Below are positions 49,639-62,248 of a stretch of 64,000 nt of DNA, piece by piece (within the stretch, counting starts at the first letter, position 1; every line of letters starts with the position of its first letter). The stretch lies in NCBI RefSeq assembly GCF_003334335.1, contig NZ_QOWQ01000003.1; one strand, written 5' to 3'. Below the pieces are notes generated by a model that ran no database searches, was not told where the DNA came from, and saw only the letters and a program-made list of their open reading frames with translations. The translations under genes were made by a program, and so were the position numbers. The stretch comes from Escherichia coli. Its GTDB lineage: Bacteria > Pseudomonadota > Gammaproteobacteria > Enterobacterales > Enterobacteriaceae.

Positions 49639-50273
49639 TGAATAAAGCAAAACGCCTGGAGATCCTCACTCGCCTGCGTGAGAACAATCCTCATCCCACC
49701 ACCGAGCTTAATTTCAGTTCGCCTTTTGAATTGCTGATTGCCGTACTGCTTTCCGCTCAGGCGACCGATGTCAGTGTTAATAAGGCGACGGCGAAACTCT
49801 ACCCGGTGGCGAATACGCCTGCAGCGATGCTTGAACTGGGCGTTGAAGGGGTGAAAACCTATATCAAAACGATTGGGCTTTATAACAGCAAAGCAGAAAA
49901 TATCATCAAAACCTGCCGTATCTTGCTGGAGCAGCATAATGGCGAGGTTCCGGAAGATCGTGCTGCGCTTGAAGCCCTGCCCGGCGTAGGTCGTAAAACA
50001 GCCAACGTCGTATTAAACACTGCATTCGGCTGGCCGACTATTGCTGTCGACACGCACATTTTCCGCGTTTGTAATCGTACTCAATTTGCGCCGGGGAAAA
50101 ACGTCGAACAGGTAGAAGAAAAGCTACTGAAAGTGGTTCCAGCAGAGTTTAAAGTCGACTGCCACCATTGGTTGATCCTGCACGGGCGTTATACCTGCAT
50201 TGCCCGCAAGCCCCGCTGTGGCTCTTGTATTATTGAAGATCTTTGTGAATACAAAGAGAAAGTTGACATCTGA
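49638..50273 (+). CDS. nth: Endonuclease III.
   Basis: 211 aa with an HhH-GPD motif and a C-terminal 4Fe-4S Cys cluster. Matches K-12 Nth. Confidence 0.97.
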   Translation: MNKAKRLEILTRLRENNPHPTTELNFSSPFELLIAVLLSAQATDVSVNKATAKLYPVANTPAAMLELGVEGVKTYIKTIGLYNSKAENIIKTCRILLEQHNGEVPEDRAALEALPGVGRKTANVVLNTAFGWPTIAVDTHIFRVCNRTQFAPGKNVEQVEEKLLKVVPAEFKVDCHHWLILHGRYTCIARKPRCGSCIIEDLCEYKEKVDI

Positions 50274-50883
50274 AGAAAAGGGGTAACACCGATTACCCCA
50301 TTGATAACCTTTCTTTATCCTCTTTTAAAACATCTTTTTAACGTCAATGATGCCATTGCTTAGCGTTATCATCAGGTAATCCGTTTGCGGATAACCAAAA
50401 ATGCAGGTTAATTGTTTTTTTAATAGCGAAATTTTCTATTCATTCGTGATCAAGATCACGATGCTGTCGCAATGTAAAAACATTGCAAGAATCAGGTTAA
50501 AATCATTTAAATTTACACACGCAACAAATATTGACCTACAAAACATTACACTGGCTATTTTTCAGAAACTGGACTATCTCACTAGTAAAAACGCTAAATA
50601 GCAGAACATATCGCCGTTAAGCCATCACCCCCCTCTCAGTGCAGTGAAAAAATCTGCCGTTACGTTTTTTGAAAAATTTAACGCTGGATAACATTTCCCG
50701 GAATGGTTGAATTCCCCGCCTCAGTTATATGTAACAGATTATTACAAAGGACTTGTCTGAAAGTGCAAGATAGTGAACATTACCTGCCGTTTCCCCTCCC
50801 ACTATATCAATTGCGCGTATGTTTTTTATACATAACGCGAGAAAGCACCCCCGTTAATATGGGATGTAAAAAAAGAGGTAAAA

Positions 50884-52386
50884 GTGTCCACTGCAAACCA
50901 AAAACCAACTGAAAGCGTCAGTTTGAACGCTTTCAAACAACCGAAGGCGTTCTATCTCATCTTCTCGATTGAGTTATGGGAACGTTTTGGTTATTACGGC
51001 CTACAAGGAATTATGGCTGTTTACCTGGTTAAACAACTGGGTATGTCTGAAGCGGATTCAATCACCCTTTTCTCTTCCTTTAGTGCCCTGGTTTATGGTC
51101 TGGTCGCTATCGGCGGCTGGTTAGGTGACAAGGTACTGGGTACTAAACGCGTAATTATGCTCGGCGCTATTGTGCTGGCGATTGGTTATGCTCTGGTTGC
51201 CTGGTCTGGTCACGACGCCGGTATCGTTTATATGGGTATGGCGGCTATTGCGGTCGGTAACGGCCTGTTTAAAGCTAACCCGTCTTCTCTGCTTTCTACA
51301 TGCTATGAGAAAAACGACCCGCGTCTGGACGGTGCATTCACCATGTACTACATGTCCGTCAACATCGGCTCTTTCTTCTCTATGATTGCTACGCCGTGGC
51401 TGGCCGCGAAATACGGCTGGAGTGTTGCGTTTGCGTTGAGCGTTGTAGGCCTGCTGATCACTATCGTTAACTTCGCCTTCTGCCAACGCTGGGTTAAACA
51501 GTACGGTTCAAAACCAGACTTCGAGCCTATCAACTACCGTAACCTGCTGCTGACCATTATTGGTGTTGTGGCACTGATCGCTATCGCCACCTGGCTGCTG
51601 CACAATCAGGAAGTTGCGCGTATGGCGCTGGGCGTTGTTGCCTTCGGTATCGTGGTTATCTTCGGTAAAGAAGCCTTCGCGATGAAAGGTGCTGCGCGTC
51701 GTAAAATGATCGTTGCCTTCATCCTGATGCTCGAAGCCATTATCTTCTTCGTGCTGTACAGCCAGATGCCAACGTCACTGAACTTCTTTGCGATTCGTAA
51801 CGTTGAGCACTCCATTCTGGGTCTGGCCGTAGAACCTGAGCAGTATCAGGCACTGAACCCGTTCTGGATCATCATCGGTAGTCCGATTCTGGCCGCTATC
51901 TATAACAAGATGGGCGATACCCTGCCGATGCCAACCAAGTTTGCAATCGGCATGGTGATGTGTTCTGGTGCGTTCCTGATTCTGCCGCTGGGTGCAAAAT
52001 TCGCGTCTGACGCTGGTATCGTGTCTGTAAGCTGGCTGGTCGCAAGCTATGGCCTGCAGAGCATCGGGGAACTGATGATCTCTGGTCTGGGTCTGGCAAT
52101 GGTTGCTCAACTCGTTCCGCAGCGTCTGATGGGCTTCATTATGGGTAGCTGGTTCCTGACCACTGCCGGTGCAAACCTGATTGGTGGTTATGTTGCGGGT
52201 ATGATGGCTGTGCCGGATAACGTTACCGATCCGCTGATGTCACTGGAAGTCTATGGTCGCGTATTCTTGCAGATTGGTGTCGCTACTGCCGTTATTGCAG
52301 TACTGATGCTGCTGACCGCGCCGAAACTGCACCGCATGACGCAGGATGACGCTGCAGACAAAGCGGCGAAAGCAGCCGTAGCGTAA
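50884..52386 (+). CDS. dtpA: Di-/tripeptide:H+ symporter DtpA (TppB, POT family).
   Basis: 500 aa with a GTG start at 50884. Matches K-12 DtpA. Confidence 0.95.
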   Translation: MSTANQKPTESVSLNAFKQPKAFYLIFSIELWERFGYYGLQGIMAVYLVKQLGMSEADSITLFSSFSALVYGLVAIGGWLGDKVLGTKRVIMLGAIVLAIGYALVAWSGHDAGIVYMGMAAIAVGNGLFKANPSSLLSTCYEKNDPRLDGAFTMYYMSVNIGSFFSMIATPWLAAKYGWSVAFALSVVGLLITIVNFAFCQRWVKQYGSKPDFEPINYRNLLLTIIGVVALIAIATWLLHNQEVARMALGVVAFGIVVIFGKEAFAMKGAARRKMIVAFILMLEAIIFFVLYSQMPTSLNFFAIRNVEHSILGLAVEPEQYQALNPFWIIIGSPILAAIYNKMGDTLPMPTKFAIGMVMCSGAFLILPLGAKFASDAGIVSVSWLVASYGLQSIGELMISGLGLAMVAQLVPQRLMGFIMGSWFLTTAGANLIGGYVAGMMAVPDNVTDPLMSLEVYGRVFLQIGVATAVIAVLMLLTAPKLHRMTQDDAADKAAKAAVA

Positions 52387-52407
52387 AATTCAGGGAAACT
52401 CTTTTAC

Positions 52408-52443
52408 AAGCCGCTAACTTTTCGTTAGCGGCTTTTTTTTTGT
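52408..52443 (+). terminator. dtpA terminator.
   Basis: AAGCCGCTAAC-ttttc-GTTAGCGGCTT followed by a long T-run. Confidence 0.85.
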
Positions 52444-52491
52444 TCAGCAACGCACTACCATACTTTAAACCACAGACAAAAGGAGTTACCG

Positions 52492-53097
52492 ATGAAATTG
52501 TTCTACAAACCGGGTGCCTGCTCTCTCGCTTCCCATATCACCCTGCGTGAGAGCGGAAAGGATTTTACCCTCGTCAGTGTGGATTTAATGAAAAAACGTC
52601 TCGAAAACGGTGACGATTACTTTGCCGTTAACCCTAAGGGGCAGGTGCCTGCATTGCTGCTGGATGACGGTACTTTGCTGACGGAAGGCGTAGCGATTAT
52701 GCAGTATCTTGCCGACAGCGTCCCCGACCGCCAGTTGCTGGCACCGGTAAACAGTATTTCCCGCTATAAAACCATCGAATGGCTGAATTACATCGCCACC
52801 GAGCTGCATAAAGGTTTCACACCTCTGTTTCGCCCTGATACACCGGAAGAGTACAAACCGACAGTTCGCGCGCAGCTGGAGAAGAAGCTGCAATATGTGA
52901 ACGAGGCACTGAAGGATGAGCACTGGATCTGCGGGCAAAGATTTACAATTGCTGATGCCTATCTGTTTACGGTTCTGCGCTGGGCATACGCGGTGAAACT
53001 GAATCTGGAAGGGTTAGAGCACATTGCAGCATTTATGCAACGTATGGCTGAACGTCCGGAAGTACAAGACGCGCTGTCAGCGGAAGGCTTAAAGTAA
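52492..53097 (+). CDS. gstA: Glutathione S-transferase.
   Basis: 201 aa. Matches K-12 GstA. Confidence 0.96.
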
Positions 53098-53140
53098 TAG
53101 CCATCGGCCCACAGGTCGTTGTGGGCCGAAATGAGATATT

Positions 53141-54004
53141 TCAGAGCTTTGTTGCGCTGAAGTAATGTTCTGGTTTGGCAATACGATCCTGAGCAGCCAC
53201 CACTTGCAGCTCATATTCCTGCATTGCTTTGGTGGTCACCATGATTTCGTAGACTGCAGCGGTCACATGTTCCAGCGCCTCCTGCAGCGTTGCCCCCTGA
53301 AGCAGTTTCACCAGCAGTAAACCGCTCGTCACATCACCAACACCTACCGGCTGGCGCATACCAAAATCCACCAGCGGACGGCTGATATGCCAGGCTTCAT
53401 CGGCGGTGACCAGCAGCATTTCAAAACGGTCACGGCTGTAGCCAGCTCGCGCCAGGTGTTTAACCAACACAATTTGTGGCCCTTGCGCAATGAGTTCGCG
53501 CGCTGCCAGAACCGCTTCTTCGACGTTATTTACCGCATGCTCACAGAGTATTTCCAGCTCAACCAGATTTGGCGCAATGATATCGCTGGCAGGCAAACCG
53601 TGCCGCACATGAAACTCTGCGACACCCGGTGCAACGATACAGCCTTTTTCCGGATGACCCATTACCGGATCGCAAAAATATTTCGCCTGCGGATTCGCGG
53701 CTTTCACCTGACGGACGATACCGAGGATATGTTCACCCTGCTCCGCCGATCCCAGATAGCCACTTAATACGGCATCACAGGTGTGTAATTTATCAATGGC
53801 GGCAATGCCTTGCACAATTTCGGTTAAATGGCTGGGCGGCATCACGCAGCCAGTCCATTTGCCGTATTGGGTGTGATTAGAAAATTGAACGGTGTTCAGC
53901 GGCCAGACGTTCGCGCCCAGGCGGCGCATCGGAAACTCTGCCGCACTGTTACCCGCATGACCATAAACAACGTGAGACTGGATAGCGAGAATATTTTTCA
54001 TCAT
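53141..54004 (-). CDS. pdxY: Pyridoxal kinase 2.
   Basis: 287 aa. Matches K-12 PdxY. Confidence 0.96.
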   Translation of the reverse strand: MMKNILAIQSHVVYGHAGNSAAEFPMRRLGANVWPLNTVQFSNHTQYGKWTGCVMPPSHLTEIVQGIAAIDKLHTCDAVLSGYLGSAEQGEHILGIVRQVKAANPQAKYFCDPVMGHPEKGCIVAPGVAEFHVRHGLPASDIIAPNLVELEILCEHAVNNVEEAVLAARELIAQGPQIVLVKHLARAGYSRDRFEMLLVTADEAWHISRPLVDFGMRQPVGVGDVTSGLLLVKLLQGATLQEALEHVTAAVYEIMVTTKAMQEYELQVVAAQDRIAKPEHYFSATKL

Positions 54005-54015
54005 GTTCCCTGTAT

Positions 54016-54047
54016 AAAAACCAGGGGGAGTGATTTCTCACTCCCCC
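54016..54047 (-). terminator. Terminator/attenuator between tyrS and pdxY.
   Basis: Minus strand: GGGGGAGTGA-gaaa-TCACTCCCCC followed by TGGTTTTT. Confidence 0.7.
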
Positions 54048-54062
54048 TTTCCACTTAATGCA

Positions 54063-55337
54063 TTATTTCCAGCAAATCAGACAGTAATTCTTTTTACCGC
54101 GACGCAGTAAGGTAAAACGACCAAACAGACGATCTTCTTCTTTAAAGAAGTATTCAGGATCGGACTGTTTTTCACCGTTAATGGTGATGGCATTGGAGGC
54201 GATAGTTTTACGTGCCTGACCACGGGAAGGTTGCAGTTCAGAATCGACCAGTGCCTGCATCAGGTCTGCGCCCTTTTCCATCTCAACCATCGGTACGCCG
54301 TCCTGCGCCAGCTGTTCGAAGTCCGCTTCACTCAGCGCACTCAAAGAACCGCTGAACAGGCATTCGGTAATACGTTTTGCCGCCTGTAAACCTTCTTCAC
54401 CGTGAACCAGACGAGTCACCTGCTCCGCCAGTACATACTGGGCGCGCGGTGCTTTACCGCTGTTTTTATCTTCTTCTTCCAGGGCGTTGATCTCTTCAAT
54501 GCTCATAAAGGTGAAGAACTTCAGGAAGCGGTAAACGTCGGCATCCGCAGTGTTGATCCAGAACTGGTAGAATTTGTACGGGCTGGTTTTCTTCGGATCC
54601 AACCAGACTGCGCCGCCTTCAGTTTTACCAAATTTGGTGCCATCTGCTTTAGTGATCAGCGGAACGGTCAGGCCAAACACCTGATTCTGATGCAGACGAC
54701 GGGTCAGGTCGATACCAGAAGTGATGTTACCCCACTGGTCAGAACCACCAATTTGCAGCACCACACCGTACTGTTTGTTCAGACAGGCGAAGTCATAACC
54801 CTGCAACAGGTTGTAGGAAAACTCAGTGAACGAAATCCCCTGATCTTCACGGTTGAGACGCTGCTTAACCGCTTCTTTGTTGATCATCTGGTTAACGGAG
54901 AAGTGTTTGCCAATATCGCGCAGGAAGGTCAGCACATTCATATTGCCGAACCAGTCATAGTTGTTCGCCGCGATAGCAGAGTTTTCTCCACAGTCGAAAT
55001 CGAGGAACGGGGCAACCTGCTTACGGATTTTGTCCACCCACTCCTGAACAGTTTCTTCGGTGTTCAGCTTACGCTCGGCAGCTTTGAAGCTCGGGTCGCC
55101 AATCAGACCCGTCGCGCCGCCTACCAGCGCAACCGGCTTGTGGCCCGCCTGCTGGAAGCGTTTCAGGCATAACAATGGAACAAGATGCCCCAAATGCAAG
55201 CTGTCAGCGGTAGGATCGAAGCCGCAATAGAGCGCGATCGGGCCTTGCGCCAGTCGCTCTGCTAACGCTTCCTCGTCCGTCACCTGGGCTACCAGCCCCC
55301 GCTCTTGCAATTGTTTAATCAAGTTACTGCTTGCCAT
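54063..55337 (-). CDS. tyrS: Tyrosine--tRNA ligase.
   Basis: The known start [14 protein letters not shown] is at 55337 (424 aa), with HIGH (HLGH) and KMSKS-like (KFGKT) motifs. The track ORF is 4 codons longer. Confidence 0.97.
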
Positions 55338-55465
55338 CAAAATCTCCATGTATATAACGACTGCACCTTTGCCGGTACACGACTTTTCGCCAGATGCGAA
55401 AGAGACATAGAATAAAGTGCCAGAATCAGGAGTACCAGCGATTAAAGCAAGATTTTTGCATCTTT

Positions 55466-56122
55466 TCAGGGTGCAAGACGATCAATCTTCCACGCATCAT
55501 TTTCACGCTGGTACAAAAAGCGGTCATGCAGGCGATGCTCACCACCCTGCCAGAACTCAATCTGTTCAAGGCTGACGCGAAAACCGCCCCAAAAGCTCGG
55601 CAATGGCACTTCGCCCTGTTGAAACTTCTGCTTCAGCTCCAGGAATTTACTTTCAAGGATACCGCGGGCAGAAATGCGACTGGACTGCTTCGAAACCCAT
55701 GCACCAATCTGGCTATCACGCGGGCGGCTATGAAAATATTTCATCACTTCGAGAGTCGAAAGTCGTTCTGCTTTACCGATCACCATCACCTGGCGCTCAA
55801 GGGTATGCCACGGGAACAGCAGGCTAACGCGCGGATTATTTTCGATTTGATGTGCTTTACGGCTGCCGAGGTTGGTGTAAAACACCATGCCTTTTTCGTC
55901 GTAATGTTTGAGTAAAACGATGCGCTGATAAGGCTGACCATGTTCATCCACGGTAGCGACCACCATCGCGGTAGGGTCCGCCAGTTTGGCTTCACAAGCC
56001 TGAGAGAGCCAACGTTCAAAAAGGGTTAATGGATCGGCGGGAAGATCGCGGCGGCGTAACCCGCCTTTGGTGTATTCACGGCGCAGATGCGCGATTTGCT
56101 GCAATTCGTCGTTATCAGACAT
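55466..56122 (-). CDS. pdxH: Pyridoxine/pyridoxamine 5'-phosphate oxidase.
   Basis: 218 aa. Matches K-12 PdxH. Confidence 0.96.
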
Positions 56123-56180
56123 GGTTTTCTTTACGGATTGTCAGTGGGTGACGCTATTGTGCGCCGCCCCTGGAAAAATC

Positions 56181-56510
56181 TCAACGCTGTGGATTTTGTA
56201 ACTGACAGTTATTCAAGACGATGCGGTCGCGTTTATAGACAGTCGCTTCATCGCCTTTCGACCAGAAAACATAGATTCCGTCAGTGTAACGCGCGCCAGA
56301 GGCTGAAATGCCCTGTTTGAGATGCAGTAGTTGATTATCGTAAACAAAACTGACCTCCTGGCGCGGATTATTCAGTTTGACCGTCAACGGTTTTTCATCA
56401 CACTGGTATTCCAGCGTATCGGTTTGCATGCGCTCAACCAGCTGATTAAAGGCGCTACAGCCGGAGAGAAGGACCGGCAAAATGATAATTAACAGTTTTT
56501 TCATAGTCAT
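56181..56510 (-). CDS. mliC: Membrane-bound lysozyme inhibitor of C-type lysozyme (lipoprotein).
   Basis: 109 aa with the lipobox LLSGC. Matches K-12 MliC (YdhA). Confidence 0.93.
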   Translation of the reverse strand: MTMKKLLIIILPVLLSGCSAFNQLVERMQTDTLEYQCDEKPLTVKLNNPRQEVSFVYDNQLLHLKQGISASGARYTDGIYVFWSKGDEATVYKRDRIVLNNCQLQNPQR

Positions 56511-56607
56511 ATCCCGAAGACTTTCCTGGTCTGGAGGGCAATACGCCCTCCCTAACGTTCCAAGTGTAACGGCAGACGCGGTAAGAAAAATTCAGTTAAC
56601 TCTGATA

Positions 56608-57717
56608 TCACGGGTTAGCGGGGAAAATAGCCCCCAGTACCGTCTCCTGGCTTGCGCCAGTGACGGAAGGCAGATTTCCTGGTAATCCCGCCAGCGTCCG
56701 CCAGGCAAGCCAGGCGAAAGCCAATGCTTCCATGTCATCGCCACTAATGCCAACGGCATCGGTGGTGGTGACTTCTGTGCCTGGCAGTAATGCCGCCAGA
56801 CGCGCCATGAGTAGCGGATTACGACTACCTCCACCACATACCATCAATCGTTCGCAGCCACCGCTCAACAAAACTTGTTCAGAAATGGTCACGGCGGTGA
56901 GTTCTGCCAGTGTCGCCTGCACATCTCGGGGATCAACACCCGGAAAATGGCGCAAATGGCGCTCCAGCCAACCATAGTTAAAGTATTCGCGTCCGGTGCT
57001 TTTCGGTGCAGGTTGCGAGAAATACGGGTCGCTGAGCATATTTTGCAGCAGTGGGAGAATAACTTTACCCGCCCGTGCCCACTCGGCATCTTTATCGTAA
57101 GGTTTACCGGCCTGACGCCAGATCCAGGCATCCATCAGCATGTTACCAGGACCGGTATCGTAGCCCCCAACCGGCTGCCCAGGAATGAGCAGTGACAGAT
57201 TGGCGATGCCGCCAATATTGAGCACCATTCGTCGCTCGGTTGGGTGAGCCAGCAGCGCATGATGGAACGCAGGTACCAGCGGTGCGCCTTGTCCTCCCAA
57301 GGCAATATCGCGACGGCGAAAATCACCGACAACCGTAATTCCGGTGCGTGCCACAATTTGATTGTTATCGCCAATCTGTAAAGTGTGTGGTGCCACGCCC
57401 GTCGGTTCATGCCAGACGGTTTGACCGTGACAACCGATCGCAACTATATCTCTTGCCTGCAGATTTTGTTCCTTAAGCAAGGCATTGACCGCATCAGCAA
57501 AAAGTCGCCCGAGTTGAGTATCAAGCTGTCCAAACTGCGAAAGTGTAAGCTGCTGGCCCTGGCAAATATCCAGTACAGCCTGTTTCAGAGATACCGGGAT
57601 CGGCCAACTCAAACTTGCCAGCTGTGCGACCCGGTGTTCATCAATTGTCGCCAACACAACATCAACACCATCAAGGCTGGTGCCTGACATAACGCCAATA
57701 AAGCGGCCCGATTTCAT
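56608..57717 (-). CDS. anmK: Anhydro-N-acetylmuramic acid kinase.
   Basis: 369 aa. Matches K-12 AnmK (YdhH). Confidence 0.95.
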
Positions 57718-57850
57718 AGTTCATCCTTTTTCAATCTGACGTTTGCGCACCACTCAAACATAAACTTTTCGTGAATACCATGCGGAATGACCGATTTTTA
57801 CCGTTGGTAGTAAAACATTATCTTCAAATCAATAATCATCATGAATGTTT

Positions 57851-57867
57851 TGTTTATAATTGGTTGA
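57851..57867 (+). promoter_or_regulatory. PhoP box upstream of slyB.
   Basis: TGTTTA-taatt-GGTTGA fits the PhoP box consensus. slyB is a known PhoP regulon member. Confidence 0.6.
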
Positions 57868-57990
57868 TCCTACTTTCATTATGATTTGCTCATATTTGGT
57901 AGAACATGTAACCATGGATTCACATATGCCATATACTTTGACCATGAGGGATGCTTGCGTGGCGTTTCATGGTGAACAGGAGATTTTTCA

Positions 57991-58458
57991 ATGATTAAAC
58001 GCGTATTGGTTGTTTCAATGGTAGGTCTGTCTCTTGTCGGTTGTGTTAATAACGACACCCTGTCAGGGGATGTTTATACCGCTTCTGAAGCGAAACAAGT
58101 ACAGAATGTCAGCTATGGCACCATCGTTAACGTACGTCCGGTACAGATTCAGGGCGGTGATGATTCCAACGTTATCGGTGCAATTGGCGGTGCTGTTCTT
58201 GGTGGTTTCCTGGGGAATACTGTTGGTGGCGGAACCGGGCGTTCTCTGGCTACTGCAGCAGGCGCTGTTGCAGGTGGCGTAGCTGGTCAGGGCGTACAGA
58301 GTGCAATGAACAAAACGCAGGGTGTCGAGCTGGAAATTCGTAAAGACGATGGTAATACCATCATGGTGGTACAGAAACAAGGCAACACTCGTTTCTCTCC
58401 GGGCCAACGTGTCGTACTGGCCAGCAATGGCAGTCAGGTGACCGTTTCTCCGCGCTAA
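57991..58458 (+). CDS. slyB: Outer membrane lipoprotein SlyB.
   Basis: 155 aa with the lipobox LVGC and Gly-rich repeats. Matches K-12 SlyB. Confidence 0.95.
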   Translation: MIKRVLVVSMVGLSLVGCVNNDTLSGDVYTASEAKQVQNVSYGTIVNVRPVQIQGGDDSNVIGAIGGAVLGGFLGNTVGGGTGRSLATAAGAVAGGVAGQGVQSAMNKTQGVELEIRKDDGNTIMVVQKQGNTRFSPGQRVVLASNGSQVTVSPR

Positions 58459-58466
58459 ATAAGTTT

Positions 58467-58494
58467 GCGTGTGGTCAGGTTACTGACCACACGC
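58467..58494. terminator. 12-bp-stem hairpin between the convergent slyB and slyA genes.
   Basis: GCGTGTGGTCAG-gtta-CTGACCACACGC. There is no clear U-run, so this is a possible bidirectional terminator or stabiliser. Confidence 0.5.
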
Positions 58495-58504
58495 CCCCTT
58501 CATT

Positions 58505-58945
58505 TCACCCTTTGGCCTGTAACTCAATGATATTATGCTCAAGTTTTGCGATGAGCGTAATCAGTTGCTCCAGTTCCTCTGCGGAGATGCCATGTAATAT
58601 TTCCGCGCGGGTTTTGTTAATAACAGCTTCCATTTCGCTGATCAGCGGCTCTGCCTTTTCCGTCAGTTTAATACGTTTAGCCCGACGATCGCTGGCACAA
58701 GTTTGACGCGAAATTAACCCTTTTTCTTCCAGTTGGTCCAGAGTACGGACCAGTGATGGCTGCTCGATGCCAATCGCTTTTGCCAGTTGAATTTGCGACT
58801 GGTCTGGAGGTAACTGATGGATATTGTGTAACGTAACCCAATGGGTTTGTGTTAACTCCAGCGGTTTCAGGCGATGGTCTATCAGAGCACGCCATATGCG
58901 CACCAACCGTGCCAGATCAGAACCTAGTGGCGATTCCAATTTCAT
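58505..58945 (-). CDS. slyA: MarR-family transcriptional regulator SlyA.
   Basis: Matches K-12 SlyA. The track start is ATG 58945 (146 aa). The curated K-12 start is the TTG two codons downstream (144 aa). Confidence 0.95.
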
Positions 58946-59139
58946 CTCCTTATAATTAGCTTGCTAAGATATTATGCGGCTTTTAGAATAGTGTGCAGCA
59001 ATTGTATTGCTAAAACAAATGTATTGCTGCATTTGGTTACCGTCAGACATATTTTTCAGAAATTGCGCGTAAATTTTTCGCACTTAAAGAATATTTATTA
59101 ATCTAACGCAATATATTCGGTCGTAAAGGAATCTACTTT

Positions 59140-59376
59140 GTGAAGTTTATGCTCAATGCAACAGGATTGCCCTTACAAGATCTGGTGTTCGGTGCGTCCG
59201 TCTACTTTCCTCCGTTTTTCAAAGCATTCGCGTTTGGATTCGTCATCTGGCTTGTCGTACACCGCCTGCTTCGTGGCTGGATCTACGCCGGTGACATCTG
59301 GCATCCCTTGTTAATGGATTTATCGCTGTTTGCGATTTGCGTTTGCCTTGCTCTGGCAATACTGATTGCGTGGTAA
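59140..59376 (+). CDS. ydhI: Small inner membrane protein YdhI (DUF1656, AaeX-like).
   Basis: 78 aa. Matches K-12 YdhI. Confidence 0.9.
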
Positions 59377-59378
59377 CT

Positions 59379-60236
59379 ATGTCAATTAAAACAATTAAGT
59401 ATTTCTCAACAATCATTGTAGCGGTAGTTGCGGTTCTTGCCGGATGGTGGCTGTGGAATTATTACATGCAATCTCCGTGGACACGCGACGGGAAAATACG
59501 CGCAGAACAGGTTTCTATCACCCCACAGGTGTCGGGACGTATTGTTGAGCTGAATATAAAAGACAACCAGCTGGTTAACGCGGGGGATCTTCTGCTCACG
59601 ATCGATAAAACGCCCTTTCAGATCGCCGAGCTGAACGCACAGGCTCAGCTGGCGAAAGCGCAATCTGACCTCGCAAAAGCCAATAACGAAGCGAATCGTC
59701 GTCGTCATCTCTCACAAAATTTTATTTCTGCCGAAGAACTCGATACCGCTAACCTCAATGTTAAAGCGATGCAGGCCAGTGTTGATGCCGCACAGGCGAC
59801 GCTGAAACAGGCACAATGGCAACTGGCGCAAACGGAAATTCGCGCCCCGGTGAGTGGATGGGTGACTAACCTTACTACCCGCATCGGCGATTACGCTGAT
59901 ACCGGGAAACCGCTGTTTGCCCTTGTCGACAGCCACTCGTTTTACGTCATTGGTTATTTTGAAGAAACCAAGTTGCGCCATATCCGCGAAGGTGCACCAG
60001 CACAAATTACCCTCTATAGTGATAACAAAACGTTACAGGGTCACGTTTCCAGTATCGGTCGGGCGATTTATGATCAGAGCGTTGAAAGTGACTCAAGCCT
60101 TATTCCGGATGTTAAACCTAACGTCCCCTGGGTTCGACTCGCCCAACGCGTTCCCGTCCGCTTTGCGCTGGATAAAGTCCCAGGCGATGTCACGTTGGTG
60201 TCGGGCACCACCTGTAGCATTGCCGTAGGTCAATAA
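59379..60236 (+). CDS. ydhJ: HlyD-family membrane fusion protein YdhJ (AaeA-like).
   Basis: Start [11 protein letters not shown] at 59379 (285 aa). The track ORF begins 14 codons upstream, overlapping ydhI. Confidence 0.92.
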   Translation: MSIKTIKYFSTIIVAVVAVLAGWWLWNYYMQSPWTRDGKIRAEQVSITPQVSGRIVELNIKDNQLVNAGDLLLTIDKTPFQIAELNAQAQLAKAQSDLAKANNEANRRRHLSQNFISAEELDTANLNVKAMQASVDAAQATLKQAQWQLAQTEIRAPVSGWVTNLTTRIGDYADTGKPLFALVDSHSFYVIGYFEETKLRHIREGAPAQITLYSDNKTLQGHVSSIGRAIYDQSVESDSSLIPDVKPNVPWVRLAQRVPVRFALDKVPGDVTLVSGTTCSIAVGQ

Positions 60237-62248
60237 TGAACGCATCGTCATGGTCCTTGCGCAATTTGCCCTGGTTCAGGGCCACGCTGGCGCAATGGCG
60301 TTATGCGTTACGCAATACCATTGCCATGTGTCTGGCGCTGACGGTTGCCTATTATTTAAATCTGGATGAACCCTATTGGGCGATGACCTCGGCTGCAGTG
60401 GTTAGCTTTCCCACCGTTGGCGGTGTTATCAGCAAAAGCCTCGGACGCATCGCTGGCAGTTTGCTCGGAGCCATTGCGGCACTGCTTCTTGCCGGGCATA
60501 CGCTCAATGAGCCGTGGTTTTTTCTATTGAGCATGTCGGCGTGGCTTGGCTTTTGTACCTGGGCCTGTGCGCACTTCACGAATAACGTCGCGTATGCATT
60601 TCAACTGGCGGGCTACACGGCTGCCATCATCGCCTTTCCGATGGTTAATATTACTGAGGCCAGCCAGCTGTGGGATATCGCTCAGGCGCGCGTTTGCGAG
60701 GTAATAGTCGGTATTTTGTGCGGCGGCATGATGATGATGATCCTGCCGAGCAGTTCCGATGCTACTGCCCTTTTAACCGCATTGAAAAACATGCACGCCC
60801 GATTACTGGAACATGCCAGTTTACTCTGGCAGCCTGAAACAACCGATGCCATTCGTGCAGCACATGAAGGGGTGATTGGGCAGATACTGACCATGAATTT
60901 GCTGCGTATCCAGGCTTTCTGGAGCCACTATCGTTTTCGCCAGCAAAACGCGCGCCTTAATGCGCTGCTCCACCAGCAATTACGTATGACCAGTGTCATC
61001 TCCAGCCTGCGACGTATGTTGCTCAACTGGCCCTCACCGCCAGGTGCCACACGAGAAATTCTCGAACAGTTGCTGACGGCGCTCGCCAGTTCGCAAACAG
61101 ATGTTTACACCGTCGCACGTATTATCGCCCCGCTACGCCCGACCAACGTCGCCGACTATCGGCACGTCGCCTTCTGGCAGCGACTACGTTATTTTTGCCG
61201 CCTTTATCTGCAAAGTAGTCAGGAATTACATCGTCTGCAAAGCGGTGTAGATGATCATACCAGACTCCCACGGACATCCGGCCTGGCTCGTCATACCGAT
61301 AACGCCGAAGCTATGTGGAGCGGGCTGCGTACATTTTGTACGTTGATGATGATTGGCGCATGGAGTATTGCTTCGCAATGGGATGCCGGTGCCAATGCAT
61401 TAACGCTGGCAGCAATTAGCTGCGTACTCTACTCCGCCGTCGCAGCACCGTTTAAGTCGTTGTCACTTCTGATGCGCACGCTGGTGTTACTTTCGCTATT
61501 CAGCTTTGTGGTCAAATTTGGTCTGATGGTCCAGATTAGCGATCTGTGGCAATTTTTACTGTTTCTCTTTCCACTGCTGGCGACAATGCAGCTTCTTAAA
61601 TTGCAGATGCCAAAATTTGCCGCATTGTGGGGGCAACTGATTGTTTTTATGGGTTCTTTTATCGCTGTCACTAATCCCCCGGTGTATGATTTTGCTGATT
61701 TTCTTAACGATAATCTGGCAAAAATCGTTGGCGTCGCGTTGGCGTGGTTAGCGTTCGCCATTCTGCGTCCAGGATCGGATGCTCGTAAAAGCCGCCGCCA
61801 TATTCGCGCGCTGCGCCGGGATTTTGTCGATCAGCTAAGCCGCCATCCAACACTGAGTGAAAGCGAATTTGAATCGCTCACTTATCATCACGTCAGTCAG
61901 TTGAGTAACAGCCAGGATGCGCTGGCTCGCCGTTGGTTATTACGCTGGGGTGTAGTGCTGCTGAACTGTTCTCATGTTGTCTGGCAATTGCGCGACTGGG
62001 AATCGCGTTCCGATCCGTTATCGCGAGTACGGGATAACTGTATTTCACTGTTGCGGGGAGTGATGAGTGAGCGTGGCGTTCAGCAAAAATCACTGGCGGC
62101 CACACTTGAAGAATTACAGCGGATTTGCGACAGCCTTGCCCGTCATCATCAACCTGCCGCCCGTGAGCTGGCGGCAATTGTCTGGCGGCTGTACTGCTCG
62201 CTTTCGCAACTTGAGCAAGCACCACCGCAAGGTACGCTGGCCTCTTAA
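60236..62248 (+). CDS. ydhK: FUSC-family efflux protein YdhK (AaeB-like).
   Basis: 670 aa polytopic protein. Matches K-12 YdhK. Confidence 0.93.
   Translation: MNASSWSLRNLPWFRATLAQWRYALRNTIAMCLALTVAYYLNLDEPYWAMTSAAVVSFPTVGGVISKSLGRIAGSLLGAIAALLLAGHTLNEPWFFLLSMSAWLGFCTWACAHFTNNVAYAFQLAGYTAAIIAFPMVNITEASQLWDIAQARVCEVIVGILCGGMMMMILPSSSDATALLTALKNMHARLLEHASLLWQPETTDAIRAAHEGVIGQILTMNLLRIQAFWSHYRFRQQNARLNALLHQQLRMTSVISSLRRMLLNWPSPPGATREILEQLLTALASSQTDVYTVARIIAPLRPTNVADYRHVAFWQRLRYFCRLYLQSSQELHRLQSGVDDHTRLPRTSGLARHTDNAEAMWSGLRTFCTLMMIGAWSIASQWDAGANALTLAAISCVLYSAVAAPFKSLSLLMRTLVLLSLFSFVVKFGLMVQISDLWQFLLFLFPLLATMQLLKLQMPKFAALWGQLIVFMGSFIAVTNPPVYDFADFLNDNLAKIVGVALAWLAFAILRPGSDARKSRRHIRALRRDFVDQLSRHPTLSESEFESLTYHHVSQLSNSQDALARRWLLRWGVVLLNCSHVVWQLRDWESRSDPLSRVRDNCISLLRGVMSERGVQQKSLAATLEELQRICDSLARHHQPAARELAAIVWRLYCSLSQLEQAPPQGTLAS

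Noticed and set aside
49227-49937. 236-aa minus-strand ORF spanning the rsxE-nth junction.
   Set aside because: Antisense to two well-conserved genes. It is a typical shadow ORF in GC-balanced coding DNA.
50274-50883. 610-bp non-coding gap upstream of dtpA with two about 66-69-aa ORFs (50401-50601 and 50703-50912).
   Set aside because: The region is AT-rich and present in K-12 as the long dtpA regulatory region. The ORFs have no RBS and have low-complexity translations, and the second overlaps the dtpA start.
54402-55172. 256-aa plus-strand ORF.
   Set aside because: Antisense shadow of tyrS. It has no RBS or family features.
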